NCBI GenBank assembly: GCA_964247055.1 | Contig: CAXTSY010000004.1 | Span: 30,775-94,774, forward strand | Length of the DNA stretch: 64,000 bases | Origin: Paragordius varius | Lineage: Eukaryota; Animalia; Nematomorpha | Direction: 5' to 3' | Shown: positions 51,101 to 64,000 of the stretch, in pieces | Numbering within the stretch: the stretch's first letter is position 1 | Layout: every line of letters starts with the position of its first letter | Program-made: the position numbers and the translations under genes | Notes under the pieces: generated by a model | What the model was told of the DNA's origin: nothing | The model's database searches: none | The model's input: only the letters and a program-made list of their open reading frames with translations

Positions 51101-54100
51101 TATTTAATTTTTATTTTATTTTATTTTATTTTATTTTATTTTATTTTATTTTATTTTATTTTATTTTATTTTATTTTATATAAATATAGTTATATTTTAT
51201 TTTATTTTATTTAATTATATTTTATTTTATTTTATTTTATTTTATTTTATTTTATTTTATTTTATTTTATTTTATTTTATTTTATTTTATTTTATTTTAT
51301 TTTATTTTATTTTATTTTATTTTATTTTATTTTATTTTATTTTATTTTATTTTATTTTATTTTATTTTATTTTATTTTATTTTATTTTATTTTATTTTAT
51401 TTTATTTTATTTTATTTTATTTTATTTTATTTTATTTTATTTTATTTTATTTTATTTTATTTTATTTTATTTTATTTTATTTTATTTTATTTTATTTTAT
51501 TTTATTTTATTTTATTTTATTTTATTTTATTTTATTTTATTTTTATTTTATTTTATTTTATTTTTATTTTATTTTATTTTATTTCATTTTATTTTATTTT
51601 ATTTTATTTTATTTTATTTAATTTTTATTTTATTTTATTTTATTTTATTTTATTTTATTTTATTTTATTTTATTTTATTTTATTTTATTTTATTTTATTT
51701 TATATAAATATAGTTATATTTTATTTTATTTTATTTAATTATATTTTATTTTATTTTATTTTATTTTATTTTATTTTATTTTATTTTATTTTATTTTATT
51801 TTATTTTATTTTATTTTATTTTATTTTATTTTATTTTATTTTATTTTATTTTATTTTATTTTATTTTATTTTATTTTATTTTATTTTATTTTATTTTATT
51901 TTATTTTATTTTATTTTATTTTATTTTATTTTATTTTATTTTATTTTATTTTATATAAATAAATTTATATTTTCTTTTATTTAATTTATATTTTCTTTTA
52001 TTTAATTTTATTTTAATTTATTTTTATTTTATTTTATTTTATTTTATTTTGATTTATTTTTATTTTATTTTATTTTATTTTGTTTTATTTTATTTTATTT
52101 TATTTTATTTTATTTTATTTTATTTTATTTTATTTTATTTTATTTTATTTTATTTTATTTTATTTAATTTTATTTTATTTTATTTTATTTTAATTTATTT
52201 TTATTTTTATTTTATTTTATTTTATTTTAATTTATTTTTATTTTATTTTATTTTATTTTATTTTATTTTATTTTATTTTATTTTAATTTATTTTATTTTA
52301 ATTTATTTTTATTTTATTTTATTTTATTTTATTTTTATTTTATTTTATTTTATTTTATTTTATTTTATTTTATTTTATTTTATTTTATATAAATATAGTT
52401 ATATTTTATTTAATTTAATTTTATTTTATTTTATTTTATTTTATTTTATTTTATTTTATTTTATTTTATTTTATTTTATTTTATTTTATTTTATTTTATT
52501 TAATTATATTTTATTTTATTTTATTTTATTTTATTTTATTTTATTTTATTTTATTTTATTTTATTTTATTTTATTTTATTTTATTTTATTTTATTTTATT
52601 TTATTTTATTTTATTTTATTTTATTTTATTTTATTTTATTTTATTTTATTTTATATAAATATAGTTATATTTTATTTTATTTTATTTAATTATATTTTAT
52701 TTTATTTTATTTTATTTTATTTTATTTTATTTTATTTTATTTTATTTTATTTTATTTTATTTTATTTTATTTTATTTTATTTTATTTTATTTTATTTTAT
52801 TTTATTTTATTTTATTTTATTTTATTTTATTTTATTTTATTTTATTTTATTTTATTTTATTTTATTTTATATAAATATAGTTATATTTTATTTTATTTTA
52901 TTTAATTATATTTTATTTTATTTTATTTTATTTTATTTTATTTTATTTTATTTTATTTTATTTTATTTTATTTTATTTTATTTTATTTTATTTTATTTTA
53001 TTTTATTTTATTTTATTTTATTTTATTTTATTTTATTTTATTTTATTTTATTTTATTTTATTTTATTTTATTTTATTTTACTTTATTTTATTTTAATTTA
53101 TTTTATTTTATTTTATTTTATTTTATTTTATTTTATTTTTATTTTATTTTATTTTATTTTATTTTATTTTATTTTATTTTATTTTATTTTTATTTTATTT
53201 AATTTAATTTAATTTAATTTAATTTTATTTTATTTTAATTTATTTTTATTTTTATTTTATTTTATTTTATTTTAATTTATTTTTATTTTATTTTATTTTA
53301 TTTTATTTTATTTTATTTTATTTTAATTTATTTTATTTTAATTTATTTTTATTTTATTTTATTTTATTTTATTTTATTTTATTTTATTTTATTTTATTTT
53401 ATTTTATATAAATATAGTTATATTTTATTTTATTTTATTTAATTATATTTTATTTTATTTTATTTTATTTTATTTTATTTTATTTTATTTTATTTTATTT
53501 TATTTTATTTTATTTTATTTTATTTTATTTTATTTTATTTTATTTTATTTTATTTTATTTTATTTTATTTTATTTTATTTTATTTTATTTTATTTTATTT
53601 TATTTTATTTTATTTTATTTTATTTTATTTTTATTTTATTTTATTTTATTTTTATTTTATTTTATTTTATTTCATTTTATTTTATTTTATTTTATTTTAT
53701 TTTATTTAATTTTTATTTTATTTTATTTTATTTTATTTTATTTTATTTTATTTTATTTTATTTTATTTTATATAAATATAGTTATATTTTATTTTATTTT
53801 ATTTAATTATATTTTATTTTATTTTATTTTATTTTATTTTATTTTATTTTATTTTATTTTATTTTATTTTATTTTATTTTATTTTATTTTATTTTATTTT
53901 ATTTTATTTTATTTTATTTTATTTTATTTTATTTTATTTTATTTTATTTTATTTTATTTTATTTTATTTTATTTTATTTTATTTTATTTTATTTTATTTT
54001 ATTTTATTTTATTTTATTTTATTTTATTTTATTTTATTTTATTTTATTTTATTTTATTTTATTTTATTTTATTTTATTTTATTTTATTTTATTTTATTTT

Positions 54101-57100
54101 ATTTTATTTTATTTTATTTTATTTTATTTTATTTTATTTTATTTTATTTTATTTTATTTTATTTTATTTTATTTTATTTTATTTTATTTTATTTTATTTT
54201 ATTTTATTTTATTTTATTTTATTTTATTTTTATTTTATTTTATTTTATTTTATTTTATTTTATTTTATTTTATTTTATTTTATTTTATTTTATTTTATTT
54301 TATTTTATTTTATTTTATTTTATTTTATTTTATTTTATTTTATTTTATTTTATATAAATAAATTTATATTTTCTTTTATTTAATTTTATTTTATTTTATT
54401 TTATTTTATTTTATTTTAATTTATTTTTATTTTATTTTATTTTATTTTATTTTGATTTATTTTTATTTTATTTTATTTTATTTTATTTTATTTTATTTTA
54501 TTTTATTTTATTTTATTTTATTTTATTTTATTTTATTTTATTTTATTTTATTTTATTTTATTTTATTTTATTTAATTTTATTTTATTTTATTTTATTTTA
54601 ATTTATTTTTATTTTTATTTTATTTTATTTTATTTTAATTTATTTTTATTTTATTTTATTTTATTTTATTTTATTTTATTTTATTTTAATTTATTTTATT
54701 TTAATTTATTTTTATTTTATTTTATTTTATTTTATTTTATTTTATTTTATTTTATTTTATTTTATTTTATTTTATTTTATTTTATTTTATTTTATTTTAT
54801 TTTATTTTATTTTATATAAATATAGTTATATTTTATTTTATTTTATTTAATTATATTTTATTTTATTTTATTTTATTTTATTTTATTTTATTTTATTTTA
54901 TTTTATTTTATTTTATTTTATTTTATTTTATTTTATTTTATTTTATTTTATTTTATTTTATTTTATTTTATTTTATTTTATTTTATTTTATTTTATTTTA
55001 TTTTTATTTTATTTTATTTTTATTTTATTTTATTTTATTTCATTTTATTTTATTTTATTTTATTTTATTTTATTTAATTTTTATTTTATTTTATTTTATT
55101 TTATTTTATTTTATTTTATTTTATTTTATTTTATTTTATTTTATTTTATTTTATTTTATTTTATTTTATTTTATTTTATTTTATTTTATTTTATTTTATT
55201 TTATTTTATTTTATTTTATTTTATTTTATTTTATTTTATTTAATTTTATTTTATATAAATAAATTTATATTTTCTTTTATTTAATTTTATTTTATTTTAT
55301 TTTATTTTATTTTATTTTAATTTATTTTAATTTATTTTTATTTTATTTTATTTTATTTTGATTTATTTTTATTTTATTTTATTTTATTTTATTTTATTTT
55401 ATTTTATTTTATTTTATTTTATTTTTATTTTATTTTATTTTATTTTATTTTATTTTATTTTATTTTATTTTATTTTATTTTATTTTATTTTATTTTATTT
55501 TATTTTATTTTATTTTATTTTATTTTATTTTATTTTATTTTATTTTATTTTATTTTATTTTATTTTATTTTATTTTATTTTATTTTATTTTATTTTATTT
55601 TATTTTATTTTATTTTATTTTATTTTATTTTTATTTTATTTTATTTTATTTTATTTTATTTTATTTTATTTTATTTTATTTTATTTTTATTTTATTTTAT
55701 TTTATTTTATTTTATTTTATTTTATTTTATTTTATTTTATTTTATTTTATTTTATTTTATTTTATTTTATTTTATTTTATTTTATTTTATTTTATTTTAT
55801 TTTATATAAATATAGTTATATTTTATTTTATTTTATTTTATTTTATTTTATTTTATTTTATTTTATTTTATTTTATTTTATTTTATTTTATTTTAATTTA
55901 TTTTTATTTTATTTTATTTTATTTTATTTTATTTTATTTTATTTTATTTTATTTTATTTTATTTTATTTTATTTTATTTTATATAAATATAGTTATATTT
56001 TATTTTATTTAATTTTATTTTATTTTATTTTATTTTATTTTATTTTATTTTATTTTATTTTATTTTATTTTATTTTATTTTATTTTATTTTATTTTAATT
56101 TATTTTTATTTTATTTTATTTTATTTTATTTTGATTTATTTTTATTTTATTTTATTTTATTTTATTTTATTTTATTTTATTTTATTTTATTTTATTTTAT
56201 TTTATTTTATTTTATTTTATTTTATTTTATTTTATTTTCTTTTATTTTATTTTATTTTATTTTATTTTATTTTATTTTATTTTATTTTATTTTATTTTAT
56301 TTTATTTTATTTTATTTTATTTTATTTTATTTTATTTTATTTTATTTTATTTTATTTTATTTTATTTTATTTTATTTTATTTTATTTTATTTTATTTTAT
56401 TTTATTTTATTTTACTTTATTTTATTTTAATTTATTTTATTTTATTTTATTTTATTTTATTTTATTTTTATTTTATTTTATTTTATTTTATTTTATTTTA
56501 TTTTATTTTATTTTATTTTATTTTATTTTATTTTATTTTATTTTATTTTATTTTTATTTTATTTAATTTAATTTAATTTAATTTAATTTTATTTTATTTT
56601 AATTTATTTTTATTTTTATTTTATTTTATTTTATTTTAATTTATTTTTATTTTATTTTATTTTATTTTATTTTATTTTATTTTATTTTATTTTAATTTAT
56701 TTTATTTTAATTTATTTTTATTTTATTTTATTTTATTTTATTTTATTTTATTTTATTTTATTTTATTTTATTTTATTTTATTTTATATAAATATAGTTAT
56801 ATTTTATTTTATTTTATTTAATTATATTTTATTTTATTTTATTTTATTTTATTTTATTTTATTTTATTTTATTTTATTTTATTTTATTTTATTTTATTTT
56901 ATTTTATTTTATTTTATTTTATTTTATTTTATTTTATTTTATTTTATTTTATTTTATTTTATTTTATTTTATTTTATTTTATTTTATTTTATTTTATTTT
57001 ATTTTATTTTATTTTATTTTATTTTTATTTTATTTTATTTTTATTTTATTTTATTTTATTTCATTTTATTTTATTTTATTTTATTTTATTTTATTTAATT

Positions 57101-60100
57101 TTTATTTTATTTTATTTTATTTTATTTTATTTTATTTTATTTTATTTTATTTTATTTTATTTTATTTTATTTTATTTTATTTTATTTTATTTTATTTTAT
57201 TTTATTTTATTTTATTTTATTTTATTTTATTTTATTTTATTTTATTTAATTTTATTTTATATAAATAAATTTATATTTTCTTTTATTTTATTTTATTTTA
57301 TTTTATTTTATTTTATTTTATTTTATTTTATTTTATTTTATTTTATTTTATATAAATATAGTTATATTTTATTTTATATTTAATTTATTTTTATTTTATT
57401 TTATTTTATTTTGATTTTATATAAATATAGTTATATTTTATTTTATTTAATTTAATTTAATTTAATTTTATTTTATTTTATTTTATTTTATTTTATTTTA
57501 TTTTATTTTATTTTATTTTATTTTATTTTATTTTATTTTATTTTAATTTATTTTTATTTTATTTTATTTTATTTTATTTTATTTTATTTTATTATATTTT
57601 ATTTTATTTTATTTTATTTTATTTTATTTTATTTTATTTTATTTTATTTTATTTTATTTTATTTTATTTTATTTTATTTTATTTTATTTTATTTTATTTT
57701 ATTTTATTTTATTTTATTTTATTTTATTTTTATTTTATTTTATTTTATTTTATTTTATTTTATTTTATTTTATTTTTATTTTATTTTATTTTATTTTATT
57801 TTATTTTATTTTATTTTATTTTATTTTATTTTATTTTATTTTATTTTATTTTATATAAATAAATTTATATTTTCTTTTATTTAATTTTATTTTATTTTAT
57901 TTTAATTTATTTTTATTTTATTTTATTTTATTTTATTTTGATTTATTTTTATTTTATTTTATTTTATTTTATTTTATTTTATTTTATTTTATTTTATTTT
58001 ATTTTATTTTATTTTATTTTATTTTATTTTATTTTATTTTATTTTATTTTATTTTATTTTATTTTATTTTATATAAATATAGTTATATTTTATTTTATTT
58101 TATTTAATTATATTTTATTTTATTTTATTTTATTTTATTTTATTTTATTTTATTTTATTTTATTTTATTTTATTTTATTTTATTTTATTTTATTTTATTT
58201 TATTTTATTTTATTTTATTTTATTTTATTTTATTTTATTTTATTTTATTTTATTTTATTTTATTTTATTTTATTTTATTTTATTTTATTTTATTTTATTT
58301 TATTTTATTTTATTTTATTTTATTTTATTTTATTTTATTTTATATAAATAAATTTATATTTTCTTTTATTTAATTTTATTTTATTTTATTTTATTTTATT
58401 TTATTTTAATTTATTTTAATTTATTTTTATTTTATTTTATTTTATTTTGATTTATTTTTATTTTATTTTATTTTATTTTATTTTATTTTATTTTATTTTA
58501 TTTTTATTTTATTTTATTTTATTTTATTTTATTTTATTTTATTTTATTTTATTTTATATAAATATAGTTATATTTTATTTAATTTAATTTTATTTTATTT
58601 TATTTTATTTTATTTTATTTTATTTTATTTTATTTTATTTTATTTTATTTTATTTTATTTTATTTTATTTTATTTTATTTTATTTTATTTTATTTTATTT
58701 TATTTTATTTTATTTTATTTTATTTTATTTTATTTTATTTTATTTTATTTTATTTTATTTTATTTTATTTTATTTTATTTTATTTTATTTTATTTTATTT
58801 TATTTTATTTTATTTTATTTTATTTTATTTTATTTTATTTTTATATTATTTTATTTTATTTTATTTTATTTTATTTTATTTTATTTTATTTTATTTTATA
58901 TAAATATAGTTATATTTTATTTTATTTAATTTAATTTTATTTTATTTTATTTTATTTTATTTTATTTTATTTTATTTTATTTTATTTTATTTTATTTTAT
59001 TTTATTTTATTTTATTTTATTTTATTTTATTTTATTTTATTTTATTTTAATTTATTTTTATTTTATTTTATTTTATTTTATTTTATTTTATTTTATTTTA
59101 TTTTATTTTATTTTATTTTTATATTATTTTATTTTATTTTATTTTATTTTATTTTATTTTATTTTATTTTATTTTATTTTATTTTATTTTATTTTATTTT
59201 ATTTTATTTTATTTTATTTTATTTTATTTTATTTTATTTTATTTTATTTTATTTTATTTTATTTTATTTTATTTTATTTTATTTTATTTTATTTTATTTT
59301 ATTTTATTTTATTTTACTTTATTTTATTTTAATTTATTTTATTTTATTTTATTTTATTTTATTTTATTTTTATTTTATTTTATTTTATTTTATTTTATTT
59401 TATTTTATTTTATTTTATTTTATTTTATTTTATTTTATTTTATTTTATTTTATTTTATTTTATTTTATTTTTATTTTATTTAATTTAATTTAATTTAATT
59501 TTATTTTATTTTATTTTATTTTATTATTTTTTATTTTATTTTATTTTATTTTAATTTATTTTTATTTTATTTTATTTTATTTTATTTTATTTTATTTTAT
59601 TTTATTTTATTTTATTTTATTTTATTTTATTTTATTTTATTTTATTTTATTTTATTTTATTTTATTTTATTTTATTTTATTTTATTTTATTTTATTTTAT
59701 TTTATTTTATTTTTATTTTATTTTATTTTATTTTTATTTTATTTTATTTTATTTTATTTTATTTCATTTTATTTTATTTTATTTTATTTTATTTTATTTT
59801 ATTTTATTTTATTTTATTTTATGTTATTTTATTTTATTTTATTTTATTTTATTTTATTTTATTTTATTTTATTTTATTTTATTTTATTTTTATATTATTT
59901 TATTTTATTTTATTTTATTTTATTTTATTTTATTTTATTTTTATTTTATTTTATTTTATTTTATTTTATTTTATTTTAATTTATTTTTATTTTATTTTAT
60001 TTTATTTTATTTTATTTTATTTTATTTTATTTTATTTTATTTTATTTTATTTTATTTTATTTTATTTTATTTTATTTTATTTTATTTTATTTTATTTTAT

Positions 60101-63100
60101 TTTATTTTATTTTATTTTATTTTATTTTATTTTATTTTATTTTATTTTATTTTATTTTATTTTATTTTATTTTATTTTATTTTATTTTATTTTATTTTAA
60201 TTTATTTTTATTTTATTTTATTTTATTTTATTTTATTTTATTTTATTTTATTTTATTTTATTTTTATATTATTTTATTTTATTTTATTTTATTTTATTTT
60301 ATTTTATTTTATTTTATTTTATTTTATTTTATATAAATATAGTTATATTTTATTTTATTTAATTTAATTTTATTTTATTTTATTTTATTTTATTTTATTT
60401 TATTTTATTTTATTTTATTTTATTTTATTTTATTTTATTTTATTTTATTTTATTTTATTTTATTTTATTTTATTTTATTTTATTTTATTTTATTTTATTT
60501 TATTTTATTTTATTTTACTTTATTTTATTTTAATTTATTTTTATTTTATTTTATTTTATTTTATTTTATTTTATTTTATTTTATTTTATTTTATTTTATT
60601 TTGTTTTATATTATTTTATTTAATTTTATTTTATTTTATTTTATTTTATTTTATTTTATTTTATTTTATTTTATTTTATTTTATTTTATTTTATTTTATT
60701 TTATTTTATTTTTATTTTATTTTATTTTATTTTATTTTATTTTATTTTATATAAATAAATTTATATTTTCTTTTATTTAATTTTATTTTATTTTATTTTA
60801 TTTTAATTTATTTTTATTTTATTTTATTTTATTTTATTTTGATTTATTTTTATTTTATTTTATTTTATTTTATTTTATTTTATTTTATTTTATTTTATTT
60901 TATTTTATTTTATTTTATTTTATTTTATTTTATTTTATTTTATTTTATTTAATTTTATTTTATTTTATTTTATTTTAATTTATTTTTATTTTTATTTTAT
61001 TTTATTTTATTTTATTTTAATTTATTTTTATTTTATTTTATTTTATTTTATTTTATTTTATTTTATTTTATTTTATTAAATTTTATTTTATTTTATTTTA
61101 ATTTATTTTATTTTAATTTATTTTTATTTTATTTTATTTTATTTTATTTTATTTTATTTTATTTTATTTTATTTTATTTTATTTTATTTTATTTTATTTT
61201 ATTTTATTTTATTTTATTTTATTTTATTTTATTTTATATAAATATAGTTATATTTTATTTTATTTTATTTAAATTATATTTTATTTTATTTTATTTTATT
61301 TTATTTTATTTTATTTTATTTTATTTTATTTTATTTTATATAAATAAATTTATATTTTCTTTTATTTAATTTTATTTTATTTTATTTTATTTTATTTTAA
61401 TTTATTTTTATTTTATTTTATTTTATTTTATTTTGATTTATTTTTATTTTATTTTATTTTATTTTATTTTATTTTATTTTATTTTATTTTATTTTATTTT
61501 ATTTTATTTTATTTTATTTTATTTTTATTTTATTTTATTTTATTTTTATTTTATTTTATTTTATTTAATTTTATTTTATTTTATTTTATTTTAATTTATT
61601 TTTATTTTTATTTTATTTTATTTTATTTTAATTTATTTTTATTTTATTTTATTTTATTTTATTTTATTTTATTTTATTTTATTTTAATTTATTTTATTTT
61701 AATTTATTTTTATTTTATTTTATTTTATTTTATTTTATTTTATTTTATTTTATTTTATTTTATTTTATTTTATTTTATTTTATTTTATTTTATTTTATTT
61801 TATTTTATTTTATATAAATATAGTTATATTTTATTTTATTTTATTTAATTATATTTTATTTTATTTTATTTTATTTTATTTTATTTTATTTTATTTTATT
61901 TTATTTTATTTTATTTTATTTTATTTTATTTTATTTTATTTTATTTTATTTTATTTTATTTTATTTTATTTTATTTTATTTTATTTTATTTTATTTTATT
62001 TTATTTTATTTTATTTTATTTTATTTTATTTTATTTTATTTTATTTTATTTTATTTTATTTTATTTTATTTAATTTTATTTTATATAAATAAATTTATAT
62101 TTTCTTTTATTTAATTTTATTTTATTTTATTTTATTTTATTTTATTTTAATTTATTTTAATTTCTTTTTATTTTATTTTATTTTATTTTGATTTATTTTT
62201 ATTTTATTTTATTTTATTTTATTTTATTTTATTTTATTTTTATTTTATTTTATTTTATTTTATTTTATTTTATTTTATTTTATTTTATTTTATATAAATA
62301 TAGTTATATTTTATTTAATTTTATTTTATTTTATTTTATTTTATTTTATTTTATTTTATTTTATTTTATTTTATTTTATTTTATTTTATTTTATTTTATT
62401 TTATTTTATTTTATTTTATTTTATTTTATTTTATTTTATTTTATTTTATTTTATTTTATTTTATTTTATTTTATTTTATTTTATTTTATTTTATTTTATT
62501 TTATTTTATTTTATTTTATTTTATTTTATTTTATTTTATTTTATTTTATTTTATTTTATTTTATTTTTATATTATTTTATTTTATTTTATTTTATTTTAT
62601 TTTATTTTATTTTATTTTATATAAATATAGTTATATTTTATTTTATTTAATTTAATTTTATTTTATTTTATTTTATTTTATTTTATTTTATTTTATTTTA
62701 TTTTATTTTATTTTATTTTATTTTATTTTATTTTATTTTATTTTATTTTATTTTAATTTATTTTTATTTTATTTTATTTTATTTTATTTTATTTTATTTT
62801 ATTTTATTTTATTTTATTTTTATATATTTATTTTATTTTATTTTATTTTATTTTATTTTATTTTATTTTATTTTATTTTATTTTATTTTATTTTATTTTA
62901 TTTTATTTTATTTTATTTTATTTTATTTTATTTTATTTTATTTTATTTTATTTTATTTTTTATTTTATTTTATTTTATTTTATTTTATTTTATTTTATTT
63001 TATTTTACTTTATTTTATTTTATTTTAATTTATTTTATTTTATTTTATTTTATTTTATTTTATTTTATTTTATTTTTATTTTATTTTATTTTATTTTATT

Positions 63101-64000
63101 TTATTTTGTTTTATATTATTTTATTTAATTTTATTTTATTTTATTTTATTTTATTTTATTTTATTTTATTTTATTTTATTTTATTTTATTTTATTTTATT
63201 TTATTTTATTTTATTTTTATTTTATTTTATTTTATTTTATTTTATTTTATTTTATATAAATAAATTTATATTTTCTTTTATTTAATTTTATTTTATTTTA
63301 TTTTATTTTATTTTAATTTATTTTTATTTTATTTTATTTTATTTTATTTGATTTATTTTTATTTTATTTTATTTTATTTTATTTTATTTTATTTTATTTT
63401 ATTTTATTTTATTTTATTTTATTTTATTTTATTTTATTTTATTTTATTTAATTTTATTTTATTTTATTTTATTTTAATTTATTTTTATTTTTATTTTATT
63501 TTATTTTATTTTATTTTAATTTATTTTTATTTTATTTTATTTTATTTTATTTTATTTTATTTTATTTTATTTTATTAAATTTTATTTTATTTTATTTTAA
63601 TTTATTTTATTTTAATTTATTTTTATTTTATTATATTTTATTTTATTTTATTTTATTTTATTTTATTTTATTTTATTTTATTTTATTTTTATTTTATTTT
63701 ATTTTATTTTATTTTATTTATTTTATTTTATTTTATTTTATTTTATTTTATTTTTATTTTATTTTATTTTATTTTATTTTATTTTATTTTATTTTATTTT
63801 ATTTTATTTTATTTTATTTTATTTTATATAAATAAATTTATATTTTATTTTATTTATTTTTATTTTATTTTATTTTATTTTATTTTAATTTATTTTATTT
63901 TATTTTAATTTATTTTATATTATTTTATTTTATTTTATTTTATTTTATTTTATTTTAATATATTTTATTTAATTTTATTTTATATAAATAAATTTATATT
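36181..64000. repeat. (TTTTA)n satellite array, right arm, same polarity
   Basis: Continuous TTTTA with variants ATATAAATATAGTTATAT, ATATAAATAAATTTATATTTTCTTTT, TTTTGATTTA, TTTCA, TTTAATTATA and TTTTAC. It runs off the window end. Confidence 0.98.
48957..49646. repeat. Longest uninterrupted (TTTTA)n run seen, about 138 units
   Basis: No variant base between the TTTAATTATA marker at about 48950 and the next ATATAAATATAG marker at about 49646. Confidence 0.85.

Noticed and set aside
30960-59766. TTTCA within TTTTA resembling human FAME/SCA37 repeat expansions
   Set aside because: TTTCA occurs only as isolated single units, not as expanded tracts. There is no Alu or human-like context, and humans lack intact RTE elements.
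1097-63578. Dozens of 'ILFYF'-repeat ORFs (up to 387 aa) in the ORF track
   Set aside because: They are the translation of (TTTTA)n, which has no stop codon on the + strand. Most starts are TTG codons from isolated variants, and there is no coding signal.
1-64000. Telomeric repeat with a telomere-specific retrotransposon
   Set aside because: The unit has no G/C, the array is heterogeneous with multi-kb higher-order repeats, no chromosome end is visible, and the element is RTE-like rather than R1 (SART/TRAS) or Jockey (HeT-A/TART) type.

Overview
This is eukaryotic nuclear-type DNA. About 60.7 kb of the 64 kb window is one strand-polarised (TTTTA)n pentamer satellite, punctuated by recurring variant motifs that reveal nested higher-order duplications and at least two compositional layers, with a switch at about 28-31 kb. 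A single, apparently intact RTE-clade non-LTR retrotransposon of about 3.3 kb interrupts it at 32851-36180. The element has one ORF (APE-type endonuclease plus reverse transcriptase with YADD), a 3' GNRA stem-loop, an (ATT)6 tail resembling the target repeat, and a candidate 16-19 bp target-site duplication supported by an empty paralogous site at about 59.7 kb. All 'ILFYF' ORFs are translation artefacts of the satellite. I see no host gene, RNA gene or CRISPR array. The host cannot be identified from sequence alone. All counts and offsets were read by eye.
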